Of a stretch of DNA of 28,833 bases, positions 11,855 to 23,131 are shown one piece after another. The translations under genes were made by a program, and so were the position numbers. Source of the stretch: Octopus sinensis (taxonomy: Eukaryota); NCBI RefSeq assembly GCF_006345805.1, contig NW_021827543.1:1-28833 (forward strand), given 5' to 3'. How positions within the stretch are numbered: the stretch's first letter is position 1; every line of letters begins with the position of its first letter. The notes under the pieces are model-generated. The model worked only from the letters and a program-made list of their open reading frames with translations. It made no database searches and was not told where the DNA came from.

Positions 11855-13229
11855 TAGCTGTAGTAGTAGTAGTAGTGGTGGTGGTTGTGGTGGTGGTAGA
11901 TGTTGATATTGTTGGTGTAGTTGTTGCTATTGACATTGCAGTGCTGGTGGAGTGGAGTGGACTGGACTGATAGGAGGTGATGGATTTGGAGAAGTGTAGG
12001 TGGTAGTGTCATCGGTTTTAATTGGCTACAGCCGTAGTTAGAGGCTGGCGGCGATGGTGACAGTGGCGGTGGCGATGACGGCGGTGGCGGCAGTGGTGGT
12101 GGTAGTGGTGGTGGCGGCGTCGGTGGTGGTGGTGGGTGGTGGTGGTGGTGGTGGTGGTGATGATGGTGATGGTGATTGACATGGAAGTAGTGATAGCGCT
12201 GGAAATAAGCAGGTGGTTGTGATTGCTGTACCGGTGGTAGTAATTGTGGTGGAGGAGGTGGTGGTGGTGGTGGTGGTGGTGGTGGTGGTGGTGGTGATAG
12301 TTGTAGTGATGGTGGTAGTGTTGTTTCTGTTAGTGTTTGTTGTAACTGTAGTACTGATGATGGTGGTGGTTGGTGGTGATGGTGGTGGTGATAGTGGTGG
12401 TAGTAGTGTGGTTCTGTTAGTGTTTGTTGTAACTGTAGTACTGGTGGTGGTGGTAATAACTATGGAGCAGTTGGGAAGAGGGTCGTGAGAATGTTATTAC
12501 TAGTGGTGGTCGCGGTGGGGGTTTGACCCCCCCTCCCCCACCAACTCCTCACCAGGTCAGTCCTGATATAGAAGACCGGTCAATAAAATACCAGACATGA
12601 CCATCGTGTGTTTTAAATGCAAACCGTAGACAAACCTTTTGCTCTTTCCGGAGAGGATAACAGTGTGATTTGAGGTCGATATTTCTGTTATTTCTAGCAA
12701 TCAGGTGGTTCTCTTTCTGGTGGTGATGGTAGTGGTGGTGGTGGTGGTGGTGGTGGTGGTGGTGGTGGTGGTGGTGGTGGTGGTTGTAATGGTGGTGGTG
12801 GTAGCGGTAGTGGTGGTTGTAGTAGTAGGGGTGGCGATGGCGATGGTCGTACTGTTAGTGGTAGTGATAGTAGAGCTGGTGGTGATGGTTGTTGGGATGG
12901 TGGAGGTGGTAGTGGAGGTGGCGGTGGTGGTGGCGGCTTTGGTGGTGGCGGTGATGCTGTTAGTGGATGTGGTTGTGGTAGCGGCGGTGGTAGTTTGGTG
13001 GTGGTGGCGGTGGTGTTGATGGTTGTGATGACAATGATGGTGATGGTGATAGTGGGGGGGGGGTATAGTGGTGCTGGTGGTGTTTGTAATAATGTTGTTG
13101 TTGTCGATGATGTTGTTGTTGGTGTGTGTGTGTGTGTGGGGGGGGGTCAGCTATAGCAGAACTAGTGACGTTTCTAATGATGATGATGATGATGACGAAG
13201 ATGAAGACGATGTTGACGACGACGACGAC

Positions 13230-13276
<47 letters not shown>

Positions 13277-13390
13277 CGACGACGACCATGATGATTGTGG
13301 GGGTGATGGTATATGTAGCAGCAGCCGAGGTGGTGGTGGTAGTGGTGGTGGTGGTGGCGGTGGGTAGTGGCGGAGGGTAGTGGTGATCAC
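11800..13390. repeat. Long degenerate trinucleotide field (GTA)n/(GGT)n/(GAT)n
   Basis: Seen directly, with a non-repetitive interruption at about 12490-12715. Confidence 0.95.
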
Positions 13391-13882
13391 GTCCTCAGAC
13401 AGAAACTTCTGGACGGTGAAAACTGGAAGGTAAATAATGAGTGAATGAAGAGTGAACGAAGATTAATGAGTGACCGAGACAAGAGAGAGAGAGAGAGAAA
13501 AAGAGGGAGAGACAGAGAGACAGAGACAGAGTGCAAACGAACAGAGGGGGAGATGGGTAGTAATAGGTGGGGAACGGAAGTGTGGAGGAGAAAAGATCTG
13601 TCGGAATTTTATTGATTGGCAGTAAATAAACATAGAACAGATTGAGAAAACGGAAAGAGGGGGAGGGAGACAAAGTAAGAACAGAAGGAGAAAGAAAGAC
13701 AAAAGTAGTAGTAGTTTTAGTAGTAGTAGTAGTAGTAGTAGTAAGTCTGAGACAGAGGGATTGCAGAGAATTAACGAGACGAGAAGATGAGAAAATAAAA
13801 GACTATCATTGGAGACTGGAGATACAGTTGGCGGCGGTCTGGGGTTTTGAATAATACTATAACATTATGACCAATCTTAGCC

Positions 13883-13945
<63 letters not shown>

Positions 13946-14249
13946 TTATCTATGTGTGTGTGTGTGTTTATACATATTGCACACACACCACACACCAACA
14001 CACATTATATACACAAACATATACGTATATTTATTACCTATCTATCTGCTTCTGTTTATATACATATATGTATATATATATATATATTATATATAGATAT
14101 ATATATATATATATTATAGATATATATATATGTATATATAGTATGTATATATATGTGATATATATATTATATATATATATATAGATATATTATATATTAT
14201 ATATATAATATATATATATATCTATATATTTATACACACCACATATACA

Positions 14250-14403
14250 TCAGCCGAAAATTGCGAAGATGATCTGGTTCTTGACTGATGAGAGGGCTTC
14301 GAATGCCCGTCCTGTGGTTCTGTGTCGTCTCCTTGGTGTTTCTGTTCTTGTCCATGTTTGTATTTATTTTTTACTGTTTACCATATAATATATTATAATA
14401 TAT

Positions 14404-14435
<32 letters not shown>

Positions 14436-14625
14436 AATATTCAGTAAATTATTTTATGTGTGTGTGTGTGTGGCTGCTCTAGCATGGCGCAGTCGAAAGA
14501 CAGAAACATAAAATTAATTAAGGAATAGGATATATATGAGCATGTGCACACGCACACACACACACCATACACACACACACACACATAAATATATATATAT
14601 ATATATAATATATATATCTATATAT

Positions 14626-14656
<31 letters not shown>

Positions 14657-14855
14657 GTACTTATAAGATGACCAAAAGGTGTACGTACGGCACTATATGT
14701 ATGTATAAATAAAAAGTAGAATAAGAACGTAACGGACAACAATAAAAACAGGGACAGATAAACGACAAAAAGACGGACAAGAAAAAAACGTATCATTCGT
14801 GGCCTTCTGTCCATCAGTCAAGTTTCCAATTATCATTACAGTTTCGGCTAGTTGC
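14250..14855. repeat. Diverged inverted pair of a repeat (about 14250-14385 and 14700-14855) separated by (TA)n
   Basis: CAGCCGAAA...CTTGACTGATG...CGAATG on the plus strand matches TAGCCGAAA...CTTGACTGATG...CGAATG on the minus strand. Confidence 0.55.
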
Positions 14856-15143
14856 ACTTGAGACTATTCAAAATTGGTAGGCACCAAAAATCTAAGCTAC
14901 GAGCATTAAATTTTGAGAAGAAAGCAAGCGAATGTGTAGGACAACACAGACTAAGATAAAAAACGAAAAAACGGAGAAAATGTTACACGATTACAAATAC
15001 AAACAACACGAGAATAACAATAGGTGTCTTTCGACTAATAAGGACGGATCAAGTTGCGGTGGCGTGTGGAGTGAAAGCCTTGCGGCACAACTATATTTTT
15101 ATATTTTATATATATATATGTAATTTTCTTTTATATATATATA

Positions 15144-15325
15144 TTCTTCTTTTATTCTTTTACCTGTTTCGGCTTTTAATCGAGCAAATCGACCCCAGAA
15201 CTTATTCATTGTAAGCGTAGTATTTATTCTGTCGGTCTCTTTGGCCGAACCGCTAGAATCCGGGAACGTAAACACACCAACATCGGTTGTCAAGCGATGG
15301 TGAGGGGACAATCACAAGCACACGA

Positions 15326-15358
<33 letters not shown>

Positions 15359-15360
15359 AC

Positions 15361-15401
<41 letters not shown>

Positions 15402-15603
15402 GTGTGTATGTATGCATGTATGTATATATACTACGGGCTTCTTTGAGTTTCCGTCTACCAAATTCACTCACATGGCTTTGGAAGTAGACACTTCTACTAT
15501 AGCCCAAGGTTACAGTATAAGATATTTGCTCAAAGTATCACGCAGTAGGATTGAACCCGAACCCATGTGGTTGGGAAGCAAGTTTCTAACGACACGGCCA
15601 CTC
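15144..15603 (-). mobile_element. SINE family B (CORE-like, internal microsatellite), diverged copy
   Basis: Homologous to the copies at 15662, 26033 and 27506 (CGAGCAAATCGACC, TTTCCGTCTACCAAAT, TGAACCCGA). Confidence 0.85.
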
Positions 15604-15661
15604 ATATGTGCCTACATACATATATGCATGCAATTATATATTTATATATATTTTTTCTTTT

Positions 15662-16023
15662 TCTTTCTTTTACTTGTTTCAGTCATTTGACTGCGGCCAT
15701 GCTGGAGCACCGCCTTTAGTCGAGCAAATCGACCCCGGGACTTATTCTTTGTAAGCCCAGTACTTATTCTATCGGTCTCTTTTTGCCGAACCGCTAACTG
15801 ACGGGGATGTAAACACACCAGCACACAAACACACACACATAAATATATATATATATATACATATATACGACAGGCTTCTTTCAGTTTCCGTCTACCAAAT
15901 CCACTCACAAGGCATTGGTCGGCCCGGGGCTATAATAGAAGACACTTGCCCAAGGTGCCACACAGTGGGACTGAACCCGGAACCATGTGGTTGGTTAGCA
16001 AGCTACTTACCACACAGCCACTC
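15662..16023 (-). mobile_element. SINE family B
   Basis: Minus-strand head GAGTGGCTGTGTGGTAAG...GGTTCAGTCCC, CORE-like CCTTGGGCAAGTGTCTT, internal (TA)/(TG) tract, and tail GACTGAAACAAGTAAAAG. Confidence 0.9.
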
Positions 16024-16083
16024 ATGTATATATATATATATAGGTTGAAAAAAGATTAGAGATCTATAGAAATCAAATTTTTA

Positions 16084-16490
16084 TATATAAAAGATGGAGG
16101 TGGAAATAGCACAGAAGTAAGTCTAAGACATTTCAATTTAAGATGGAATTTAACAAAAATTATTATTTGAAAAATTATTATATAAAGAAAATATTACCTG
16201 TTTTGATGAATCTCATCTTATGAAAAATCGGTAAAAATTTATGAAAATTTGAAGAAAAATCAGTTTATCTTCTGTCTAGGGGATATGTTCTTGTCCCCCA
16301 GACAGAAGATAAACTGTTTTAACTTCAAATTTTTTTATAAGATTTTGCTGATATTTGATAAGATGAGATTCAACGAAACCGGTAATATTTTCTTTATATA
16401 ATTTTTAAAAATCATTTTTATCAAATTCCCCCTTAAATTGAAATGTCTCAGTCTTACTTCTGTGCTATTTACACCTCCATCTTGTATATA
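16084..16490. repeat. Fold-back element F2, about 400 bp
   Basis: Imperfect arms of about 200 bp (AAGATGGAGGTGGAAATAGCACAGAAGTAAG ... CTTACTTCTGTGCTATTTACACCTCCATCTT) with the centre near 16285-16292. Confidence 0.9.
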
Positions 16491-16708
16491 TATATATATA
16501 TAAGATGGAGGTGGAAATATATATGTATATAAATATATATGTATATATATGTGTATATATATATATGTATATATATATGTATATACATACATACATACAT
16601 ACACAAACACACACACACATGTATATATTTCATATATATATGTGTGTGTGTGTGTGTGTATTGGTGTATGTATGTATGTATATATATATATATATACACA
16701 TATTATAC

Positions 16709-16741
<33 letters not shown>

Positions 16742-16778
16742 ATATATAGATAATATATATATATATATATATATATAT

Positions 16779-17035
16779 GCAATTGTAGCGTGGAAGGTGT
16801 TTATAAGGATTTAAGAAACACGCAAATCCGTTAGATTCACTTCAACATTTAAATTTAATTTAACAAAATATTTTCGTCGCTGTGAAACTGCAACTTTTTC
16901 ACTGACAAAATTCCGTGCTGCACGGAATTTTGTCAGTGAACACCTCGCGGTCTCAAACCGACGAAAATAGGCTGCAATTGATTTCGTTCCAGCACACGAT
17001 CTCAGATCAGGTCACTTGCTATGCAAGTACGTCTC
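16779..17035. mobile_element. Fold-back element F1, probably Penelope-derived, with two outward-facing hammerhead-like motifs
   Basis: Perfect 21-bp arms at 16898-16918 and 16920-16940 around a single T. The right arm has an internal deletion relative to 801-998. It is flanked by (TA)n. Confidence 0.75.
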
Positions 17036-17057
17036 CTATATATGTATGTGTATATGA

Positions 17058-17277
17058 CGCCATGATAGATCGTTAGCTCCTACACGCATTTTTTCTCTCC
17101 TTTTTTTCTCTCCTTGTTTCTCTCTTGTTTTTTTTCTGTGTATCTTTCTGTCGAAGAGCGTAGGCTCGAAACGTAAAAAGAGCGTTTTCTTTTCTACTCT
17201 GAGCGCTCTTATACTAATACATTCGTTTGTTTGTACTCCACCTGCCTTCGTCTTTGTATATTTTCGCAACTTTCCCG

Positions 17278-17280
<3 letters not shown>
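17058..17280 (+). repeat. Dispersed repeat family P1, copy 1, with hammerhead-like motif at 17143-17181
   Basis: Homologous to 26829-27025 (GCCATGATAGATCGTTAGC...GAAGAGCGTAGGCTCGAAACGTAAAA...ATACTAATACA). Confidence 0.8.
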
Positions 17281-17334
<54 letters not shown>

Positions 17335-17454
17335 TAAAAAATGGAGTTAAAAAAGGAGTTACAACAACTTTACTTGTGAGATTTTTGGCTGCCCTGGTAA
17401 CTATTTATTTATTTTTCCGTGTTAATTGTTAACAAAGGTAAAAATACCATCTAA

Positions 17455-17533
<79 letters not shown>

Positions 17534-18145
17534 CTGTGTGTGTGTTCTGTGTGTGTGTGTATGTATCAAGAGTAAGGTATCAATAAACTTTATACGCTGC
17601 GGCAAAGTTCGGAAGGAAACAGTTAAGCTGAGACCTCTTTTGATCACGAGGAGAATGACAGCCCGGAATTGGTAACAATGTAGAAAAATCGTTGTCAGCC
17701 TCAACTCAATAAGGAGCGAAGGACTTCAGAAAGTGGCATGTGTCATAATCTCAGATGCAGGATGCCTAACTTATCATAGCAATTTCATCTGAACTTGTGA
17801 CATAACACACACCGATGACATCATGCGCATATTACGTATGTTTTAGTTGTCATGAAACAGCGGTCGAGATAAACCTTTACGTAATTTTTCTGTTCTGTTT
17901 CGTTTTCTTATCCCTTTATTCTCTAATTCGTGTTTTTTATTCCACGTAAGTATACGTCTGAAGCCTACTGGTGTTTATCTGCCTTTCCACCTTCATAAAA
18001 GATCGATAAGTATTGTCCTTATACGCAACTTTCGATGCGGAGGCGCTAGATCCGGATGAATCCCATCAATTTGAGCTCTAATCTGTATTATCCATGTTAT
18101 GCTTATTTTACTTACACCTAATCAGTGTGTGGGTGTGGTGTCTCT

Positions 18146-18208
<63 letters not shown>

Positions 18209-18564
18209 TGTATATATATTATTTCAATGCCAATATGCTGAGAACAGACTTTAAATCATCAATTTCCACATTTATAATAGACATTCACTATAAATACATG
18301 TCGTGCTGAAATCGAGGAAAGCGAGCTCACAAAATTTTTTTTAAAGTTCGTTATTTCTATATTGAATCAATTTCGATATTAATCTTATGGTGTGGATTTT
18401 TCCCTCTACAGTAGAAAATACGGTAAGCAATAAATTAAATACTTATACGCATCCATGGAAAAAAGCAAAAGCAAGAGTCATGTGTACACATAAGTATCCC
18501 ATTTATATCTAAATGTAAAAACCTTTAGCCAGCCTCATATATGTATATAAAGATAGAGGGAGCG

Positions 18565-18676
18565 ATAGAACAAGACAATTTGATTCAGAATCCTTGGTAC
18601 GGCCATTGGCGTCTGACTAGCCACGCATTTGAAACTCAGAGTACCAAGGATTCTGAATCAAATGGCTTTGATCTAT
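18565..18676. repeat. Hairpin or MITE-like inverted repeat
   Basis: Perfect 23-bp arms at 18578-18600 and 18641-18663 with a 40-nt spacer and imperfect outward extension. Confidence 0.85.
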
Positions 18677-19246
18677 ACATGTAACTCCCAATAAATGTGT
18701 TGAATGCCCTTCTTACGTTTGTCTACTCACTCGTCTATATATATGTGTGTGTGTGTATACACATGCACGAACAGGCAAACACATATACACATATACATAG
18801 CTTTTCTACGTTAATTGTGTAATTCTTTCTTTTGTCAATGTACATTTTCATAAATAGATCATTACCAACTTCACCTTGATTCTGCAAAATCTATACTTAA
18901 ACCGTTCTGTTTTGAATCAGTATTTTACCGAAATTTTCAAACTACATGGCGAGCATTTTATTTCGAATTCCTTTGCCAGCAATGTACATCGGAGTTTGTT
19001 TTGTCTTTTGGTAACAAATATATTATTAGATAACTATCTGCAAATTTTGCTGTCATAATTATGAACTAACTCTTAAATTCTTTACATGTCCGTTTGTCTG
19101 TGTATTTATGTTTGTATGTAGTTTCACTCGTATACTTACACGTATCTATAGATATATATACACATTTATAAAATCACACACCTTTCGCATATCTTTACAT
19201 ATGCGTATACATATAGGTTATAGATTTTATATAGAATACATATATG

Positions 19247-19335
<89 letters not shown>

Positions 19336-19531
19336 GTCCTTGCATTCGTAACGCGGAGCAGATGAAACAAGGACAGCTGAACAAGGGGAATATTTTTTAT
19401 GTTGCATGTCTCATTTCTCTGTTTGCTCTTTTAGTTATTCCCAAAAAAGTTCGTTTATATGTTTTTGATTTTATGTTTTCGTTTCTCATTGTGTTCAACG
19501 TTTTTTTATGTCCAATACCCATATATGCATG
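19336..19531 (+). repeat. Dispersed repeat family P2, copy 1, flanked by (TA)n
   Basis: Homologous to 28124-28293 (AACGCGGAG.AGATGAAACA...AAGGGGAATATT...TTATGTTTTCGTTTCTCA...TTCAACGTTTTTT...CCCATATATGCATG). Confidence 0.8.
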
Positions 19532-20087
19532 TATATATACATATATATATATATAGGTATATACATATGTGTATGTATATATGCATATATTTATATATTA
19601 TTTATATTATATATATATGTATGTATGCATGTATGTATATGTATGTATATATATATATGCATTCATATACATATACACACATACATGTGAATATCCATGT
19701 AGCTATATCTATATATATTTACCTCCCTTCCTGTATATATAAATATTTGTGTATATATACGTATATATGTACATTTCCATATCTATACATATATGTAAAT
19801 GTGTAAATATATCTATATGAGTCTGTACATTAATAGATATGTATATAAGCATAAGTAAGGATGTATATTCATATACTTATATATGCATATACACACACTC
19901 AAACATACACGCAAACACGTGCCCATGCAGATAAATAAAAGAGCCATTCCTCCTTCGCAAAAGAATAGTAATATTTTCCTTACGTTTCTTTTTTTTTTCT
20001 TCTGTTCTGTGAGTGCCGACGCAAAAGTACTTTCTGCAGACTCCATTTTATTTTTGTCCACACCTGATATTGTCAGTCTCATTTCAG

Positions 20088-20115
20088 CCAGGAGACATTG
20101 TTCCTGGAATTTTCG
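20088..20115 (+). other. Candidate 28-nt microexon (24 nt with the alternative acceptor)
   Basis: Branch-like CTGAT, acceptor CATTTCAG, and consensus donor G|GTAAGT within a non-repetitive island. Confidence 0.35.
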
Positions 20116-20569
20116 GTAAGTATTGGGAAGCGGAATATATTTTCTGTCTTCAGCAGTGAAATATTCAACAACTGTCTTTGAGTGAATTCATCCAGCAGAA
20201 AATTGAAGGAATAAAAAAAGAAATTTATTTATTTATTTATTTTTTTTTTGCTGCTTCGTAAAAACTATTCTCTTTATCTAAAAACTATCTTGGAACTATC
20301 TTTCGGTGATGAAACGAAAAAGACAATAACTGAAAATGCACTTATATAATTGTCAAGAAGTATGTTTTCATTTTGTTTTTTTAGATGTACCCTGCGCGTG
20401 CGTGTTTGTGTGTGTGTGTGTGTGTGTACGTGTGTGTGTATGTGTATGTGCACGTGAGTGTGTGTGTGTGTGCACGTGAGTGTGAGTGTGTGCACGTGAG
20501 TGTGTGCACGTGAGTGTGTGCACGTGAGTGTGTGTGTGTGCATATATTCACACAGAACACATACCTGTA

Positions 20570-20614
<45 letters not shown>

Positions 20615-20695
20615 TCATGTCTATATTCATGCATTATATATATATGTATACATGCACACCGTATATCGGTCTTATACTATATAACATACATGTAT

Positions 20696-20741
<46 letters not shown>

Positions 20742-21173
20742 TATATATATTTGTATTTATATATACATATTTGTGCATACATATATATGCATGTGTAAAT
20801 ATACATATAAACGCACACACATATACATACATATATATATATATATAAATATATATGAATGTAACTATAATATATGCGCCTGTATGTGTGTATGTATGTG
20901 GCATACCTACTTATGTACCTTCTTGTAAATACATACGTACATACAAACTTACTTATATACGTACATACAGAGAGTTTTTTTTTTTCCGGCGGGAGAATAT
21001 TCAACAAAATGAAAGCCGGTTACTACCATTCACAAGGTGTATAGTGCGGTATAATGTACAGTACGTGTATATTCATACATCTTTAAATACGCAGAATAGT
21101 ACGACTTTAAAAGTACAAATGAAATATAAGGCATAATTTATTCTTTAACTGGGTGTACATATGTACGCATGTC

Positions 21174-21837
21174 ATTATTCTGTTCTTTTTCAATATTTCT
21201 TGCCAATAGAGAGAGTCGGTTTCTAACCTATATCCAAGGTTCCTTCAATGGAATTTCAACACCTGCAACAGGGTCTTGAGGTTTGTATGTATGTATGCAT
21301 GTATGTATGTATGTATGTATGTATGGATGTATGTATGTATGTATGTATGTATGTATGTATGTATGTATGCATGTAAGTATGCATGTATGTATGTATGTAT
21401 GTATGTATGTATGTATGTATGTATGTATGGTATGTATGTATGTATGGATGGATGCATGCATGCATGCATCCATGTAGGCATGTATGTATGTATGTATGTA
21501 TGTAGTTTGTATGCATGTATGTACGTATGTATGTATGTATGTATGCATGTATGGATGCATGTATGTATTTATGTATGTATGTATGTATGTATGTATGTAT
21601 GTATGTATGGATGCATGCATGCATCCATGTAGGCATGTATGTATGTATGTATGTATGTATGCATCCATGTAGGCATGTATGTATGTATGTATGCATCCAT
21701 GTAGGCATGTATGTATGTATGCCATTATTCTGTTTTATTTCAAGATTTCTTGGCAATAATGAAGGATTCGGTTTCTAACCTAGATCCAAGGTTCCTTTAT
21801 TGAAATTTCAACATTTGCAACAGGGTCTTGATGTATG

Positions 21838-21868
<31 letters not shown>

Positions 21869-21935
21869 TGTATGTATGTATGTATGTATGTATGCATGTA
21901 TGTTTGTATGTATGTTTGTATGTATGTAGATATGT
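21174..21935 (+). repeat. Two copies of a ~110-bp unit, each followed by a (TATG)n array
   Basis: CATTATTCTGTT...CGGTTTCTAACCTA.ATCCAAGGTTCCTT...CAACAGGGTCTTGA at about 21174-21279 and 21723-21831. Confidence 0.85.
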
Positions 21936-21969
21936 ATTGTAGTCTAACGTTGTCCGAGAATGACGGTTA

Positions 21970-22220
21970 CTTATTGAACGACCTACGCAAATTATTTGTT
22001 TATATTGATCATACATATGTGCTGTATACCAGCTCAATCTTTCCATCAGATCGACCTTTTCCTGAACATGTGCAGCTGTACAACACATCAGGTGTCGATG
22101 TGATCGCAGTGCAACGTGTGACGGAGTGTTTCTCTCAAAAGCACAACGCACAAGACGGTCCAGAAATTGAGGCCATTATTTTGCGGCGTGCCGCACACTA
22201 ACCACTAGACCATGCGTCCT
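21970..22220 (-). mobile_element. Degraded tRNA-derived SINE, family D
   Basis: The minus strand starts AGGACGCATGGTCTAGTGGTTAG (A box), followed by a decayed B box and a CORE-like TGCGTTGTGCTTTTGAGAGAAACACT. Confidence 0.6.
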
Positions 22221-22227
22221 TATATAT

Positions 22228-22267
<40 letters not shown>

Positions 22268-22273
22268 GTACGT

Positions 22274-22341
22274 AGGCGCTGGAGTGACTGTGTGGTAAGT
22301 GGCTTCCTTACCAACCACATGGTTCTGGGTTCAGTCCTACT
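22274..22341 (+). mobile_element. SINE family B head-only fragment
   Basis: AGGCGCTGGAGTGACTGTGTGGTAAG...GGTTCTGGGTTCAGTCC, with no further match after that. Confidence 0.75.
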
Positions 22342-22369
22342 CCTGTGCTTCGCAGTATTTACATGTATA

Positions 22370-22761
22370 TATTTCTTTACTAGCCACAAGGGGCTAAACA
22401 CAGAGGGGATAGACAAGGACAGACAAACGGATTAAGTCGATTACATCGACCCAGTGCGAAACTGGTACTTTATTTATCGACCCCGAAAGGATGAAAGGGA
22501 AAGTCGACCTCGGCGGAATTTGAACTCAGAACGTAACGGCAGACGAAATGCCTATTTCTTTACTACCCACAAGGGGCTAAACACAGAGGGGACAAACAAG
22601 GACAGACAAACGGATTAAGTCGATTACATTGACCCCAGTACGTAACTGGTACTTAATTTATCGAACCCGAAAGGATGAAATTTGAACTCAGAACGTAACG
22701 ACAGGCGAAATACCGCTAAGCATTTCGCCCGGCGTGCTAACGTTCCTGCCAGCTGGCCGCC
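22370..22761 (-). mobile_element. SINE family C, head-to-tail dimer
   Basis: Two units (22370-22552 and 22553-22761). The minus-strand head is GGCGGCCAGCTGGCAGGAACGTTAGCACG with B box GAGTTCAAATT, and the core is CTTTCATCCTTTCGGGGTCGATAAA. Confidence 0.85.
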
Positions 22762-22798
22762 TTTATATATGTATGTAATGTGTGTGTATGGTATGTAA

Positions 22799-22829
<31 letters not shown>

Positions 22830-22982
22830 ACCATTTATTCATGTCATCCTATTCTACTCTGTACAATTTAAGTTCATTGACCGCGTCAAAAAGTCAAATG
22901 TGTCAACAGAGAATATATGATAATCGAACATAATGCCAACTGTTACAATAAGAAGCAACAGGTCAGTCCCAACTAAATGAAA

Positions 22983-23045
22983 CCAATCCATTTATACTGA
23001 AAATTTTTTTTGTGCGCATGTTCTCATTGATAGGAATCACGTGAC
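22983..23045 (+). promoter_or_regulatory. Possible proximal promoter motifs (CCAAT box, E-box TCACGTGAC)
   Basis: CCAAT at 22983-22987 and TCACGTGAC at 23037-23045 in non-repetitive DNA upstream of the ATG. Motif matches only. Confidence 0.2.
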
Positions 23046-23131
23046 ATCTAGATACCATTGCTCTTCGTAAATACTCGCCTAATATTGCAGCAGTGCGTTA
23101 CAGGGTAAAAAGTTTGGTTAATTTTTACGCT

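Noticed and set aside
14285-14312. CTGATGA...GAAT...GTC as an intact hammerhead
   Set aside because: GAAA is GAAT, helix I does not pair, and the inverted homologue has CTGATGG.
23093-23131. N-terminal extension from the GTG start in the ORF track
   Set aside because: This is a eukaryotic gene, and the ATG at 23132 gives the normal short cytoplasmic tail.
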